Below are positions 17,106 through 28,204 of a DNA stretch of 64,000 bases, piece by piece. Source of the stretch: Halobacteriales archaeon SW_5_70_135 (GTDB lineage: Archaea; Halobacteriota; Halobacteria; Halobacteriales; SW-7-71-33); contig PXSK01000009.1 of NCBI GenBank assembly GCA_003022865.1, positions 16,274-80,273 of the forward strand, given 5' to 3'. The notes under the pieces were generated by a model. It was not told where the DNA came from. It did no database searches and worked only from the letters and a program-made list of their open reading frames with translations. Position numbers and translations under genes: made by a program. The first letter of the stretch is position 1. Every line of letters starts with the position of its first letter.

Positions 17106-18181
17106 CTCTCGCGCAGCGTCTCGACGAGGCGCTCGACGGCGTCGTTGTGCCGTCGCAGGAGTTCGTTCTGCCGCTCGACGGCCGCCCGCAGCTCGGCGAG
17201 TTCTTCCTGCGGTGCCTCCTCGGATGCCGGCGCGACCGACTCCGTGAACGGCGTGTCCGTCTCCGTCTCGACGGTCTTCCCGTCGGGCGGGGAGCGCCCT
17301 TCCGACGCGTCCGCGTCTTCCGTCGTCCCGTCCGCGTCGGGCCGGACCGGTCCCGGTGCGTCGGTGTCGGTGTCGGTGTCGGTCGCGGGGGACGCGTCGT
17401 CTATGGTGTCGTCCGCGCCGCCGTCGAGGGCGGCGTCGGCGGCGTCGCGAGCGGAGGCGGCGCCCCGTTCGGAGCCGGCGTCGAGGGCGTCGACGCCGCC
17501 GAAGTCGGCGACGGCGGCCCCCGGGTCGACGGTCGACACGTCGTTCGTGTCGTCACCGAGGTCGGCGACGCTGTCGGCGTCGCGGGCGGCGAGCAGCGCG
17601 CTCTCAACGACCTCGCGCACCTCGGGGAGACGGTCGTTGGGGGTCTTCATCCGCTCCACGCGTCCGTCGACGGTGAGGACGACACCGGTAGCGACGGAGC
17701 CCTCCTCGTAGGAGAGGTCGGTGACGGCGTCGAACGGGATCGCCTCGTGGTCGTCGTCCCAGAGGGCGGCGCCGACGTGTTTGAACAGGCGCTCGTCGGT
17801 GACCACGAGCGTCAGTTCCGAAAAGGAGAAGACGCGGTGGACCCGTTCGCCGGGGGTGGTGACGTCGCCGGCCCGCAGGACGGCCGCGAGCAGAGTCTGG
17901 AGGGCGGCCTCGACGCGGTCGAGCGGGACCGCGAGTTCGCGGTCGGGGTCGACGGCGTACTCCAGGCCGAGGGTGGCCTTGCGGCGACCCTCGGAGAGGG
18001 TGAGTCGCTCGACGTCGTGGGAGAGGCTCTCGACGGACTCGTCGCTGAGCACGCCGCCGGCACGGTAGACGAGCGAACGCTCCGGGGTAACGAACAGGCG
18101 GTCGTCGCCGCCGAGCGAGACGGCCGTGGCGATCGTCTCGCCCTCGCCCAACTCGTCCGCGACGGTGCCGGGCAGTTCCAT
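17102..18181 (-). CDS. Conserved hypothetical protein (globular N-terminal domain, acidic TDTDTD linker, C-terminal coiled-coil-like tail)
   Basis: 359-aa ORF with coding-like composition; it is convergent with and overlaps the previous gene by 4 nt. I recognise no family. Confidence 0.6.
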   Translation of the reverse strand: MELPGTVADELGEGETIATAVSLGGDDRLFVTPERSLVYRAGGVLSDESVESLSHDVERLTLSEGRRKATLGLEYAVDPDRELAVPLDRVEAALQTLLAAVLRAGDVTTPGERVHRVFSFSELTLVVTDERLFKHVGAALWDDDHEAIPFDAVTDLSYEEGSVATGVVLTVDGRVERMKTPNDRLPEVREVVESALLAARDADSVADLGDDTNDVSTVDPGAAVADFGGVDALDAGSERGAASARDAADAALDGGADDTIDDASPATDTDTDTDAPGPVRPDADGTTEDADASEGRSPPDGKTVETETDTPFTESVAPASEEAPQEELAELRAAVERQNELLRRHNDAVERLVETLRES

Positions 18182-18307
18182 GTCGCGGCGTACGGGGGCC
18201 GTGACCTAAAACCGCCGGCCCCGCCGACCGAGCCGACTCCGCCGGAACGGCCCACGGGTGGTCGGGATGAGAAGGTTAAAGACTGGACCGCGATAGGTTC
18301 GTGACGC

Positions 18308-18437
18308 GCCCGGGTGGCTTAGCTGGACATAGCGCCGCACTCATAGGGTTCACGAGGCGGCACGCATGCCCGAGAGGCCGGCCGAGCCTCCGACCTGGGA
18401 CATGCGGAGATCGCGGGTTCGAAGCCCGCCCCGGGCA
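18308..18437 (+). tRNA. tRNA-Met (anticodon CAU, elongator type) with a 56-nt intron at 37/38 (18346-18401)
   Basis: Hand-folded: acceptor GCCCGGG/CCCGGGC, anticodon stem CCGCA/UGCGG, loop CUCAUA[intron]A, T arm GCGGG-UUCGAAG-CCCGC, discriminator A. The mature length is 74 nt. A tRNA-Ile2 (CAU) identity cannot be excluded. Confidence 0.85.
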
Positions 18438-18571
18438 TACTTCAATTTGTTGTCATCTATGCAGGACCGCAGGGCGGCGGCGCCGCCGCGACGTGCGGGA
18501 CACCGCGGGAGAAGTCGACACGTCGACGGCGCGAGGAGTGTCGTCGGGAGACGACGGCTGGACGCGGCGGG

Positions 18572-19675
18572 TTACTCCGTAGCGGACTCGACGCCGGTGA
18601 TCTCGAACCTGGCGCCGCCGCTGCTCCCGTCGGTAAGACGGATCTCCCAGTCGTGTGCCTCGACGACCTGTTCGACGACGCTCAGTCCGAAGCCGGTCCC
18701 CTCGGGACCGGGGGAGTAGCCGGCCTCGAACACGGCCGTGCGTTCGTCGGCGGGGATACCCGGCCCGTCGTCTTCGATGTAGAAGCCACCGTCGGTCTCT
18801 CCGACGGTGACCGAGACGTCCGTCCCGCCGCAGTTCACGGCGTTCGAGAGGAGGTTCTCGACCAGCTGACGGAGGCGGTCGCGGTCGGCGTCGACCTGCT
18901 GTGTCGTGTCGACGTGCAGCGTGGCGTCGTTCGGCTCCAGGTTCGTCCAGCAGAACTGGGTGAGTCGTGCCAGATCGACAGTCTCGCGGTCGAGCGCCCT
19001 GGTCCCGACCAGTGCGAACGTCAGCAGGTCGTCGATCAGGCGCTCCATCCGCTCGTGTGCGGCCGCGATCTCTCGCAGGGACTCGCTGTCCCGTTCCTTG
19101 CGAACGAGTTCGAGGTGCCCCCGGGCGACGGCCAGAGGATTTCGGAGGTCGTGGCTGACGACCGACGCGAACTGGTCGAGCCGCTCCACCTGCTGTTCCA
19201 GCTCCTGTTCGCGCTCGATGCGATCGAGCGCGGTCCTCGCGTGACTGACGAGCAGCTCCGCCAGCTCGACGTCGTCCTCGTCGAACGCGGCTTCGGTCGT
19301 ACTGACCGCCTGAAAGACGCCGTGCTCACCGATAGGAACGCTGAACCCCGACCGGTAGCTCGGCTTGGCGGGGTCGGTCCCGTCGTCCGGCTCGACGCGG
19401 TCGACGATCCGGGACTGTCCGGACTGGTAGGATTCGCCCGCCAATCCCTGCGTGAGTCGCATCCGACGGCTGCCGTCCGGCGGCGCGTCGTCCGAGGTGG
19501 CGTACGGGACGAGCCACTCGCCTTCCCGAATCACGATCGTACAGAGGCTGAACTCCAACACTCTCGCTGCCGCGTCGACGGTCAATGCACAGACGTCCTC
19601 GACGGAGTCCTGGGACTGAAGCTCGGTCGCAATGCCGTGAAGAGCCTCGATCGTGTTCCCGGACGACTCCACCAT
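18572..19675 (-). CDS. Sensor histidine kinase (GAF - HisKA - HATPase_c)
   Basis: It has the H-box FASVVSHDLRNPL, the N box LRQLVENLLSNAV, and G boxes DDGPGIP and GTGFGLSVV. The N-terminal region is GAF-like. Confidence 0.88.
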   Translation of the reverse strand: MVESSGNTIEALHGIATELQSQDSVEDVCALTVDAAARVLEFSLCTIVIREGEWLVPYATSDDAPPDGSRRMRLTQGLAGESYQSGQSRIVDRVEPDDGTDPAKPSYRSGFSVPIGEHGVFQAVSTTEAAFDEDDVELAELLVSHARTALDRIEREQELEQQVERLDQFASVVSHDLRNPLAVARGHLELVRKERDSESLREIAAAHERMERLIDDLLTFALVGTRALDRETVDLARLTQFCWTNLEPNDATLHVDTTQQVDADRDRLRQLVENLLSNAVNCGGTDVSVTVGETDGGFYIEDDGPGIPADERTAVFEAGYSPGPEGTGFGLSVVEQVVEAHDWEIRLTDGSSGGARFEITGVESATE

Positions 19676-19834
19676 ACCGAACCAGAGACAGGAGCGACAA
19701 AACCACTTTCGCCGAATCCGCCCCGCCCGCTCGGCACGGCCGCCGAGAACGCCTCGGCGCCCGTCGGGGGACGACTGCCGGACACCGACGCCGTCCCCGG
19801 CGTGACCACGGTCGCCGGTCGATCGAGGGGTGAG

Positions 19835-20335
19835 CTACCGTGTCGGGCGTTCGAAAGTGGTCGTGGTCGTGTCCCCGTGGGCGCGTTCCACCACGACGAC
19901 CGTGTCGGGCAGCTCGTCGCTCATCGTGACCCGAACCCGGTACGTGTCCCAGCTCAGGTTGCTAGTACATCCCCTCCCCAGCCAGACGCTGTCCCGGAAG
20001 CCCTCCCGCTGGGGGCCGGTCCCGACGACGACGTGGAGGGTGTCCGTCCGGGCGTAGTACGTCGCCCGCTCGAGGACGGCACGGTCACAGCTACTCGACC
20101 CGACCGGCATGCGACCGATCACCTCGACGCTGTGCTCGCTGTCGGTGACCTCGACCGCTGGCGGTCGACGTTCGGCCCCGGAGGGTCCGTCGTAGCGTTC
20201 GAGGCCGTCGACCGCCGGCGGGTCGAGTTCGAACTCGCGACCGGCGATCGGGGACGGGTCGGGGACCGTCTGCCGGAAGCCGACGACGCCGAGCCCACCG
20301 ACCCCCAGCGCGTAGAGGAACCGACGCCGGTTCAT
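19835..20335 (-). CDS. Tat-secreted hypothetical protein
   Basis: MNRRRFLYALGVGGLGVVG is a twin-arginine signal. The ORF is 166 aa. Confidence 0.6.
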   Translation of the reverse strand: MNRRRFLYALGVGGLGVVGFRQTVPDPSPIAGREFELDPPAVDGLERYDGPSGAERRPPAVEVTDSEHSVEVIGRMPVGSSSCDRAVLERATYYARTDTLHVVVGTGPQREGFRDSVWLGRGCTSNLSWDTYRVRVTMSDELPDTVVVVERAHGDTTTTTFERPTR

Positions 20336-20717
20336 CGTGACAGCCGGAGTACTGGTATGATAAATTCGCTACGACCACGGGGACGGATCGGCCGCCGGTC
20401 GTCGTCCGGTCACCTGCTGGCGGGGCAGCCTGGTCCGGCACGCGACACTGGAGGTCGTCACGGTCCCGGCGTCGCCGAGTGAGGCGAGCGGACTCCGGGG
20501 ACGACGGCGAGTCGACACCGCCGGCGAGAGTACGGGGCTGTGGCGTCGAGGTTCGGCCGCGGTCCCAGACACGCGCCGTAGTCGCGGGGCGTACTCGACG
20601 GTTCGTGTACGGACACGTCGGCGTCGGGCCGGGAGCTCGCTCGACTCACTCCCGCTTCTCGCCCCGCGAGTCGCCGCTGTCGTCATCCACAAGCCCGAGC
20701 GCCGAGTACCGTCGCCG

Positions 20718-21992
20718 ATGGACGATCCCTTCCGCTTCGAGTTCCGGCCGGGGGCGATTCGGTACGGCACCGGCTGCGTGCGCTCGCTGGGCGAGGAGGT
20801 CGCCGCGCTCGACGCCGACCGCGTGCTCGTCGTCTCGGGGCGGACCGTCGGCACGACCGACGCGGTCGTCGACCCGGTCCGGGCGGGGCTGGGCGAGCGA
20901 CTCGTGGACGTGCTGGCGGTGACGACACCCGAGAAGCGCGTCTCGGCGGCCGCCGCCGTCGCGGAGCGGGCCTGCGAGACCGAGGCCGACGCCCTGGTCG
21001 CCGTCGGCGGCGGCTCCAGCCTGGACGTGACGACGGTGGCCGCTGCCCTGCTGTCGACGGGGACCGACGACGAGGCGGCGGTGCGGGCCGTACTGGAGAC
21101 TGGCGGCGTCGCCGTCGGCGAGTCGGTGCCGCCGATCGTCGCCGTGCCGACCACGCTCGCGGGGGCGGGCCTCACGCAGGTCGCCGGGATCGGCGCCGAC
21201 CCGGCGTCGGTCGGCGATGACGGGGCGGTGGCACACGGCGGCGTCTCCGACCCGGCGCTGATGCCGTCGGCGCTGTTCTACGATCCGGAGCTGTTCCGGA
21301 CGACGCCGGAGGGCGTGCTGTTGCCGTCGGCGATGAACGGCTTCGACAAGGCCGTCGAGGCGGTGTACGCCCGGACGGCGACGCCGGTGACGGACGCGAC
21401 AGCGCTGCGCGCGCTGCGACTGCTGCGAGCGGGGCTGCCGGCGCTGGGCCGCGGCGACCGGAGCGACGCGACGCTACGGCGGGCGGTCGTCGGGACGGTA
21501 CTCGCACAGTACGGTGTCTCCCGGCCCGACGCCGGCACGCTGTCGGTGCTGCACGCCTACGGACACGCCCTCTCGCGGCCGTACGAGTTCCAGCAAGGGG
21601 CCGCCCACGGGCTGGTGGCGCCGGCCGCGCTCTCGCACCTGCTCGGCGAGGTCGACGCCCGCCGGCGGACGCTCGCGGAGGGACTGCGCGCCGGCGCCGC
21701 CCTCGCGGAGCGGGAGGACGGCGACGTCGACGAGGGGCGCGACCCGGACGCGGTCCCGGCCCGCGACGTCGACGACGGTCGTGACCCGGCGACGGTCGTC
21801 GTCGAGGAGGTGCGGGCGGTGCGGGACGGACTCGGGCTGGACCGGCGACTGCGGGGCGTCCCCGGCGTCGAGCGCGACCACCTGCCGGAGGTGGCGCGAG
21901 CGACCGTCGAGGACGGTGTAATGGGGAACGCGCCAGCGGGCTACGAGCCGACGCCGGCAGCCGTCGAGAGGGTGCTCGAGTCGGTGTGGTGA
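20718..21992 (+). CDS. Iron-containing (group III) alcohol dehydrogenase family protein
   Basis: FEFRPGAIRYGTG..., LVAVGGGSSLDV (the GGGS motif) and AYGHALS are typical of the Fe-ADH fold. Confidence 0.8.
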   Translation: MDDPFRFEFRPGAIRYGTGCVRSLGEEVAALDADRVLVVSGRTVGTTDAVVDPVRAGLGERLVDVLAVTTPEKRVSAAAAVAERACETEADALVAVGGGSSLDVTTVAAALLSTGTDDEAAVRAVLETGGVAVGESVPPIVAVPTTLAGAGLTQVAGIGADPASVGDDGAVAHGGVSDPALMPSALFYDPELFRTTPEGVLLPSAMNGFDKAVEAVYARTATPVTDATALRALRLLRAGLPALGRGDRSDATLRRAVVGTVLAQYGVSRPDAGTLSVLHAYGHALSRPYEFQQGAAHGLVAPAALSHLLGEVDARRRTLAEGLRAGAALAEREDGDVDEGRDPDAVPARDVDDGRDPATVVVEEVRAVRDGLGLDRRLRGVPGVERDHLPEVARATVEDGVMGNAPAGYEPTPAAVERVLESVW

Positions 21993-22084
21993 CCGGACGC
22001 CGGACCGCCCTCGACCGGTGACGGCAGCGGTCACGACGACGGTTACCCGAAGGCTCTTAGGGCGCAGTGACCTATATCGGTCCA

Positions 22085-23299
22085 ATGACGGACACGATGG
22101 ACAACGTCGATCTCCCGTACAGCGACGGGGAGGCGTCGAAGCAGGAGAAGATCGCCGCACTGCGGGAGCGTCTGGAGGTCCTGGAGAACCAGAACGAGGA
22201 GATGCGAGACAAGCTGCTGGACGCGAACGCCGAGAACAACAAATACCAGCAGAAGCTAGAGCGGCTCACCCACGAGAACAAGAAACTGAAGCAGTCGCCG
22301 CTGTTCGTCGCGACGGTCCAGGAGATCACCGAGAAGGGCATCATCATCAAGCAACACGGCAACAACCAGGAGGCGCTCACGGAGGTCACCGAGGAACACC
22401 GCGAGGCGCTGGAGCCCGACGCCCGCGTCGCAGTGAACAACTCCCTCTCGGTGGTAAAGCGATTGGACGACGACACGGACGTGCGGGCCCGCGTGATGCA
22501 GGTCGAGCAGTCGCCCGAGGTGAGCTACGGCGACATCGGCGGCCTCGAAGAGCAGATGAAGGAGGTGCGCGAGACGGTGGAGATGCCGCTGAAGAAGCCC
22601 GAGATGTTCGGCGAAGTCGGCATCGACCCGCCGTCGGGCGTGCTGCTGTACGGGCCGCCGGGCACCGGGAAGACGATGCTGGCGAAGGCCGTCGCCAACC
22701 ACACCGACACCACCTTCATCAGGATGGCCGGCTCCGAGCTCGTCCACAAGTTCATCGGCGAGGGGGCGAAGCTCGTCCGCGACCTCTTCCAAGTGGCCCG
22801 CGACCACGAGCCCTCCGTGCTGTTCATCGACGAGATCGACGCTATCGCCGCGAAACGCACCGAGTCCAAGACCAGCGGCGACGCCGAGGTCCAGCGCACC
22901 ATGATGCAACTACTCTCGGAGATGGACGGCTTCGAGGACCGCGGCGAGGTCCGCATCATCGCCGCCACCAACCGCTTCGACATGCTCGACCACGCCATTC
23001 TCCGGCCCGGCCGCTTCGACCGCCTCATCGAGGTGCCCGAGCCCGACGAGGAGGGCCGGGAGACCATCTTCGAGATCCACACCCGCGAGATGAACATCGC
23101 GGGGGACGTGGAGTTCGCCGCACTCGCCGCGGAGACCGACGCCGCCTCCGGCGCCGACATCAAGGCCGTCTGCACCGAGGCCGGCATGTTCGCCATCCGC
23201 GACGACCGTACCGAAATCGGCATGGAGGACTTCCGCAACGCCTGGGAGAAGGTCCAGGCCGAGAGCGACGAGTCCGAGGTTTCGAAGACGTTCGCGTAG
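22085..23299 (+). CDS. pan: Proteasome-activating nucleotidase (AAA+ ATPase)
   Basis: It has an N-terminal coiled coil, Walker A GPPGTGKT, Walker B LFIDEID, and the second region of homology. The ATG at 22085 (MTDTMDNV) lies inside track ORF 22067..23299. Confidence 0.92.
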   Translation: MTDTMDNVDLPYSDGEASKQEKIAALRERLEVLENQNEEMRDKLLDANAENNKYQQKLERLTHENKKLKQSPLFVATVQEITEKGIIIKQHGNNQEALTEVTEEHREALEPDARVAVNNSLSVVKRLDDDTDVRARVMQVEQSPEVSYGDIGGLEEQMKEVRETVEMPLKKPEMFGEVGIDPPSGVLLYGPPGTGKTMLAKAVANHTDTTFIRMAGSELVHKFIGEGAKLVRDLFQVARDHEPSVLFIDEIDAIAAKRTESKTSGDAEVQRTMMQLLSEMDGFEDRGEVRIIAATNRFDMLDHAILRPGRFDRLIEVPEPDEEGRETIFEIHTREMNIAGDVEFAALAAETDAASGADIKAVCTEAGMFAIRDDRTEIGMEDFRNAWEKVQAESDESEVSKTFA

Positions 23300-23380
23300 C
23301 GCGAGCCGACGCCGCTCTCGCTATCGCTCTCACACTCACTCTTACCCTTACTCTTACTCCTGCTCTCGTTCCTGCCGCCG

Positions 23381-23524
23381 TCACAGCGCCCGGAAGACGA
23401 GAAAGGGGACGACGAACAGCAGCAGAAACATCACGAGCAGGACCGCCCCGTAGGCGACGGCGGTGCCGACCGCCGTCACCCAGGCGGGGTCCGTGTATCG
23501 CGCCAGCGGCTCCGGCAGGTCCAT
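23381..23524 (-). CDS. Possible small single-pass membrane protein (47 aa)
   Basis: My own translation gives MDLPEPLARYTDPAWVTAVGTAVAYGAVLLVMFLLLFVVPFLVFRAL*. It is below the track cutoff and supported only by its hydrophobic helix. Confidence 0.35.
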   Translation of the reverse strand: MDLPEPLARYTDPAWVTAVGTAVAYGAVLLVMFLLLFVVPFLVFRAL

Positions 23525-23808
23525 ACCCGCCTTACGGACGAGGGCGGCTTCGTCCTTTCGACTGCGCGGACACGGCGGCCGTCCGTCGCTGCCGGCCGTT
23601 CGACCTCGCTGCCGACCCCCGACCCGGGAGAGTCCGTGAGGCGGTCGAGGCGTGTCCGGAGAGGGCGGGACCGGCTGGACGCACGGTGTCGGCGCCGCCG
23701 GCGGTGGCGGTCGACCGGGGCCGGGACGACCGACAGCACCGTCGGCGTGGTGCGCTTCCGACCGCCAACAGTCGGACCGCTTTTGTGCGGTCGTGCGCTA
23801 CGGAGCGC

Positions 23809-24393
23809 ATGACGCGGATCGTCGTCGTGGACAACCACGGCCAGTTCACGCACCTAGAGGGGCGTGCGCTGCGGGAGTCGGGGGTCGACTGCGAGGTGGT
23901 CGACAACACGACGCCGCCGGCGGCGGTCGAGGCCGACGGCTACGTGCTGTCGGGAGGGCCGAACATCGAGCGGACCGGCCGCTGTGGGGCGTACCTGGAG
24001 GACGGCCGGCCGGTCCTCGGGATCTGTCTGGGGATGCAGTTCATGGCACGGGAGCTCGGCGGCGCGGTCGCGGCGGGGGACTACGGCGGCTACGCCGACG
24101 TGACCGTCGAGATCACCGACGAGGCGGACCCACTAGTAGGCTCGCTCGCGCCGGAGACGCGGGTGTGGGCGAGTCACGCCGACGAGGTGGTCGAGGTGCC
24201 GCCCGGCTTCGAGCGCACCGCTCGCTCCGAGGTCTGCGAGGTGGAGGCGATGAGCGACTCCGAGCGGAACCTCTACGGCGTCCAGTACCACCCCGAGGTG
24301 GCACACACGGAGCGGGGTCAGGAGGTCTTCGAGAACTTCCTGGCGGTCTGTGAGGAGGCGACGGCACGGCAGGCGGGGCCGGAGTCGCGGTGA
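23809..24393 (+). CDS. guaA: GMP synthase, glutamine amidotransferase subunit
   Basis: MTRIVVVDNHGQFTHLEGRALRE...PVLGICLGMQFMA...YGVQYHPEV shows the class I GATase Cys-His-Glu triad context. The ATG at 23809 lies inside a long track ORF. Confidence 0.88.
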   Translation: MTRIVVVDNHGQFTHLEGRALRESGVDCEVVDNTTPPAAVEADGYVLSGGPNIERTGRCGAYLEDGRPVLGICLGMQFMARELGGAVAAGDYGGYADVTVEITDEADPLVGSLAPETRVWASHADEVVEVPPGFERTARSEVCEVEAMSDSERNLYGVQYHPEVAHTERGQEVFENFLAVCEEATARQAGPESR

Positions 24394-24514
24394 GGGCGGT
24401 CCGGGTCCGGGTCCGGGTCCGGTTCAGGTGACCGCCGAGGGCAGCGAGCGGGTCGACGGCGGGACGTGAGACCGATACGATGGGTTTTATTCTCCCGAGC
24501 GGTCGTACTCGACG

Positions 24515-26422
24515 TTGATGACGACGACGCAGGGCAACCTCGCGGGACTGTCGCAGTACGTCTTCCGCACGCCGCGGTGGTACACGAGCCTCTCGTTCGT
24601 CCTGGTCGTCGCCGCGGTGACGGGGATAGCGGTGTTCGACACCGCGGTCGTGCTCGGTGACGTCTGGCAGGGGGTGTTCTTCGTCGGCGTGTCGACGGTG
24701 GTGGCGAGCGGACTGACGAGCGTCGTCGACGGCTGGCTCGGCGGCCGACTCACGCCGAACCGCTCCTCGTTTCTGGCGCTGACCTGCGAGGTGATCGTCG
24801 TCGTGACACTGGTCGCCGCGGGGGTGATCGCCCGGCTCACCCAGTTCGTCGGTCCGGTCGGGCCGGTGCCGGTGCTCGGGCAGAACTTCGTCTTCGACGC
24901 CCTGCTGGTCGGGCTGGCGTCGATCTTCGGTGTCCGGCTGTTCGTCCTGATGAGCGTCTCCCGGCACCGGCCCGTCCTGGCTGCGATCCCGGCGGCGGTC
25001 CAGACCGTCGTGGCGGCGGTGCTGCTGTTCGTCTACAGCGGAACCCTGCGGTACTTCGAGGTGAGTCGGCTGTCCGGCCCGCTGGTCGACGCCTACCTCG
25101 CCCGCCAGGAGCAGGCGCCCGAGGAGTTTCTCGTCGTCGTCCCGAAGGACTTCCTGCTGCTCGCGGTACTGTGTGGGCTGTACGCCGTCGCCGTCGTCGC
25201 CTTCGTCCGGGTGATCGACCGGCCGTGGCAGCGCTCGCTCGACGTCTCCGTCCTCGACTTCGTCGGGGGATTCGTCGGGCACATGGCCGAGGACACCGAC
25301 GAGCTCGAGTCGTTCTTCGAGGAGATCGGCGAGGAGGCGGTCGTCCCGGTGTCGGTGCTGAGCGCCCGTCGGCCGGACGGCGAGGAGACGTTCCGCCTGG
25401 TGCTCCCGATGATCCACCCCGGACCGATGGGCGAGATCGGCGGCGGCGCGCTGCCGGTCCGGCTCGCCCGCGACACGGACGGACTCTGTCTCCCGCCACA
25501 CGCCACCGCCGGTCACGACTTCAATCTCGTCACCGACCGCGAGGTCGACACCGTGTTGGCGACAGTCGAGGAGGCACGCGACCGAATCGAGTTCGAGACG
25601 GGCGCCACGCGGTCGGTCCGAACGTCCGTCGGCGACGCGACGGTGACCGGACAGGCGGTCGGCGACGACCTGCTCGTGGTGACCACCTTCGCGCCCGGAT
25701 ACGCCGACGACGTGGAGTACAGCGTCGGCCTGTCGGCCGCGGCGGAGGCCCGCTCCAGTGGCTTCGAGGACGTGATGGTCGTCGACGCCCACAACTGCAA
25801 CGACGGCCTCTCCGACGGCGACCTGGGTCACGTCGTCCCCGGCTCGACGCGGTCGTTCGACCTGATGCGGGCCGTCGAGGCCGCCGCCGAGGAGCTCACC
25901 GACGCCCCCCGGGAGCCGGTACGGGCCGGCGTCGCCTGGACCCGCACGGAGTGGACCCCCGAGGACGGCGTCGGCCCCCTGGGCGTCCGCGTCGCCGCCC
26001 TGGAGGTCGACGACCAGACCACGCTGTACGTGCTCGTCGACGGCAACAACATGGAGCCGGGCGTCCGCGGCCGACTGGTCGACGCCGTCACCGCTCTCGA
26101 CGGCGTCGACCGTGCGGAGGTGATGACCACCGACAACCACCTTGTCAACGCCGTCGACTCCGAGAACCAGGTCGGCGACCGGGTCGACGTCGACCGCCTG
26201 GCGGCCGTCGTCGAATCGGCCGCCCGCGACGCGCTGACAGATCGTAAACCCGTCGAGGTGGGGATGGCGACCGAACACGCCGAGGTGACCGTCTTCGGCA
26301 ACGACCGCACGGAGACGCTCGCAAGCACCGCCAACGCGATGGTGTCGATGGGCTTCGCGCTCGCCGGCGTCGTCGCTCTGGCCGCCGTCAGCCTCTCTAT
26401 TATCGTCTTCCTGTTGCTCTGA
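24515..26422 (+). CDS. Large polytopic membrane protein with a soluble C-terminal region (DUF2070/COG3356-like)
   Basis: 635-aa ORF with multiple N-terminal TM helices, a central soluble domain and a C-terminal TM. The family assignment is from memory only. Confidence 0.7.
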   Translation: MMTTTQGNLAGLSQYVFRTPRWYTSLSFVLVVAAVTGIAVFDTAVVLGDVWQGVFFVGVSTVVASGLTSVVDGWLGGRLTPNRSSFLALTCEVIVVVTLVAAGVIARLTQFVGPVGPVPVLGQNFVFDALLVGLASIFGVRLFVLMSVSRHRPVLAAIPAAVQTVVAAVLLFVYSGTLRYFEVSRLSGPLVDAYLARQEQAPEEFLVVVPKDFLLLAVLCGLYAVAVVAFVRVIDRPWQRSLDVSVLDFVGGFVGHMAEDTDELESFFEEIGEEAVVPVSVLSARRPDGEETFRLVLPMIHPGPMGEIGGGALPVRLARDTDGLCLPPHATAGHDFNLVTDREVDTVLATVEEARDRIEFETGATRSVRTSVGDATVTGQAVGDDLLVVTTFAPGYADDVEYSVGLSAAAEARSSGFEDVMVVDAHNCNDGLSDGDLGHVVPGSTRSFDLMRAVEAAAEELTDAPREPVRAGVAWTRTEWTPEDGVGPLGVRVAALEVDDQTTLYVLVDGNNMEPGVRGRLVDAVTALDGVDRAEVMTTDNHLVNAVDSENQVGDRVDVDRLAAVVESAARDALTDRKPVEVGMATEHAEVTVFGNDRTETLASTANAMVSMGFALAGVVALAAVSLSIIVFLLL

Positions 26423-26434
26423 GCCGGTCGGCGG

Positions 26435-26719
26435 CTACGCCCCGTCGACGTCAACGTCGGTGTCGCCCTCGAACAGCCGGTCGACGGCGCGGCGGGCGGC
26501 GAGGGCGGCGTCGTCGGCCACCCGGTCCGGGTCGCGCGTCCCCGGCTCGGGGACGTCGAGATAGACGTCGACCTCTAGAACGCCGTCCTCGAAGGCGACG
26601 GTCACGTCGAGGTCGCGCACCTCGTCGGCGCCGAACCGCGAGAGAACGAGCTCGCGTGCGGCGGCCGCGCCGGTCTCGACGACCTCGCTGTCGGTCGGTG
26701 TGTCGTCCGTCTCGGTCAC
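26435..26719 (-). CDS. Small acidic protein (DUF3194-like), commonly found next to prefoldin beta
   Basis: 94-aa ORF adjacent to pfdB in the conserved exosome/ribosomal neighbourhood. Confidence 0.6.
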   Translation of the reverse strand: MTETDDTPTDSEVVETGAAAARELVLSRFGADEVRDLDVTVAFEDGVLEVDVYLDVPEPGTRDPDRVADDAALAARRAVDRLFEGDTDVDVDGA

Positions 26720-26729
26720 GACGCCGTCG

Positions 26730-27131
26730 TCAGTCGCCCGCGCCGGGGCCAGGGCCGGGGCCGCCGGGCATACCGCCCGCGCCGCCGGCGCCGCCGAGCA
26801 TCTCCTGGAGCTCCTCCTGGAGGCTCTCGAACTTCTCGCGGACGCGGTTCTCCTGGCGGTCGAGGTTCTCGACGCGCAGCTCCAAGCTCTCGACCTTCTC
26901 CTGGAGGTTCTCGCTCGCGGTTTCGTAGTCGGTCTGGACGAGCAGTCCGCCCACCTCGCGGTACATCGTCGTCTCCTCGTTGATGTTTCCGAGCTCGTTG
27001 AGGGCGTTCTGTGACTCCGTCAGCTGGGTCTCGGCCTCCTCCTTCTGGATGGCGACCTGCTGTGCGGTGTCCTGCAGCTCCTGCAGCTCTTCGAGTTTCT
27101 CCTGTGCTTCCGGCGGGAGGTTGCCCTGCAT
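26730..27131 (-). CDS. pfdB: Prefoldin beta subunit
   Basis: [37 protein letters not shown]...[15 protein letters not shown] is the typical prefoldin beta coiled-coil/beta-hairpin pattern. Confidence 0.88.
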   Translation of the reverse strand: MQGNLPPEAQEKLEELQELQDTAQQVAIQKEEAETQLTESQNALNELGNINEETTMYREVGGLLVQTDYETASENLQEKVESLELRVENLDRQENRVREKFESLQEELQEMLGGAGGAGGMPGGPGPGPGAGD

Positions 27132-27267
27132 GTCCGTAGCGAGCGCGCCCCCGGTGAAAAGCCCCCGGGTTCGCGGTTCGGAGGGTCCAGACTCGACGGC
27201 GACGATGGCCGACGTGTCTTCTCCAGTCGTCCCGAAGACACATGCGGCCCCGAGACGTTGACCACGC

Positions 27268-27822
27268 GTGACCGGATCGACCCGGAGAACGACGACGGTG
27301 GACTGCGCGTACGAACTTCGCGTCGACGACGTCGTCCCCGGGAGTCACGAGTCGGTCAAGAACAGTGTTGACGAGCCCCTCTCCGTTGACGTCGAGCCGT
27401 TCGAGTCGAGGATCACTCCCTCACACACGGCGCAGGTCGAACTGACGGTCTCGAACACCGGCACGAGCACGGTGCACCTGTCTCATCTGAGCACCAACGC
27501 TCCGAAACCGCTCGTCAGCCAGAGTGCGATCGAGAGCTTCGACGAGGAGACGGGCGAGTACGAGGAGCCAGTGCTCGTGCTGGTGCCGGAGAGCTACGGC
27601 GAGGTGGAGCGGGCGCCGGACACCTGCTGGGAGCCCGAGCGTGACGGGTTCGACGTTCAGTTGGCCCTGGTACAGACCGCCATCGATCCGGGCGATTCAC
27701 TCGTCCGTTCGTACGAGGTGTGGGCGTCACCGAACGACCGGCAGACCGGCGTTCAGCCCGGAACGTACGAGTTCGCCGAGGGATTCGGCAGGTTCACGCT
27801 CAACGTCGAGCCCGATGAGTGA
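27268..27822 (+). CDS. Hypothetical protein
   Basis: 184-aa ORF with a GTG start and coding-like acidic composition. I recognise no family. Confidence 0.5.
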   Translation: MTGSTRRTTTVDCAYELRVDDVVPGSHESVKNSVDEPLSVDVEPFESRITPSHTAQVELTVSNTGTSTVHLSHLSTNAPKPLVSQSAIESFDEETGEYEEPVLVLVPESYGEVERAPDTCWEPERDGFDVQLALVQTAIDPGDSLVRSYEVWASPNDRQTGVQPGTYEFAEGFGRFTLNVEPDE

Positions 27823-27890
27823 GTCGACGCCCGCTCGGGAACACCGAACGCGAAGGGTTTATGCGGCGACCCGGCTGATCGACGGACACC

Positions 27891-28202
27891 ATGGCCGAGC
27901 AACGCGGACGGACCGGCAGTGCGGGTCGCTTCGGCGCCCGCTACGGTCGGGTCTCCCGCCGACGCGTCGACGAGATCGAGGACGTCTCCCGGGCGAAACA
28001 CACCTGTCCGGACTGTGGCGCCGAGAAGGTCGAGCGCCAGGGCACCGGCATCTGGTCGTGCTCGCGGTGCGAGTACACCTTCGCCGGCGGCACCTACCGC
28101 CCGCAGACCCCCGGCGGGCGCTCCGTGCGGCGTTCCATCCGGGCCGCACTCGCGGAGGACGGCGACGAGAACGAGGGCGAGACCGGCGCGGAGGGCGACT
28201 GA
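27891..28202 (+). CDS. rpl37ae: 50S ribosomal protein L37Ae (eL43)
   Basis: [21 protein letters not shown]...[35 protein letters not shown] is the eL43 zinc ribbon. Confidence 0.95.
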   Translation: MAEQRGRTGSAGRFGARYGRVSRRRVDEIEDVSRAKHTCPDCGAEKVERQGTGIWSCSRCEYTFAGGTYRPQTPGGRSVRRSIRAALAEDGDENEGETGAEGD

Positions 28203-28204
28203 CG

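Noticed and set aside
18346-18401. Introns in tRNA-Met (56 nt) and tRNA-Gln (31 nt, about 62904-62934) as something novel, or as box C/D guide RNAs.
   Set aside because: As far as I recall, intron-containing elongator tRNA-Met and tRNA-Gln(UUG) genes are known in haloarchaea such as Haloferax. Both introns sit at the canonical 37/38 position, and I see no C (RUGAUGA) or D (CUGA) boxes in them.
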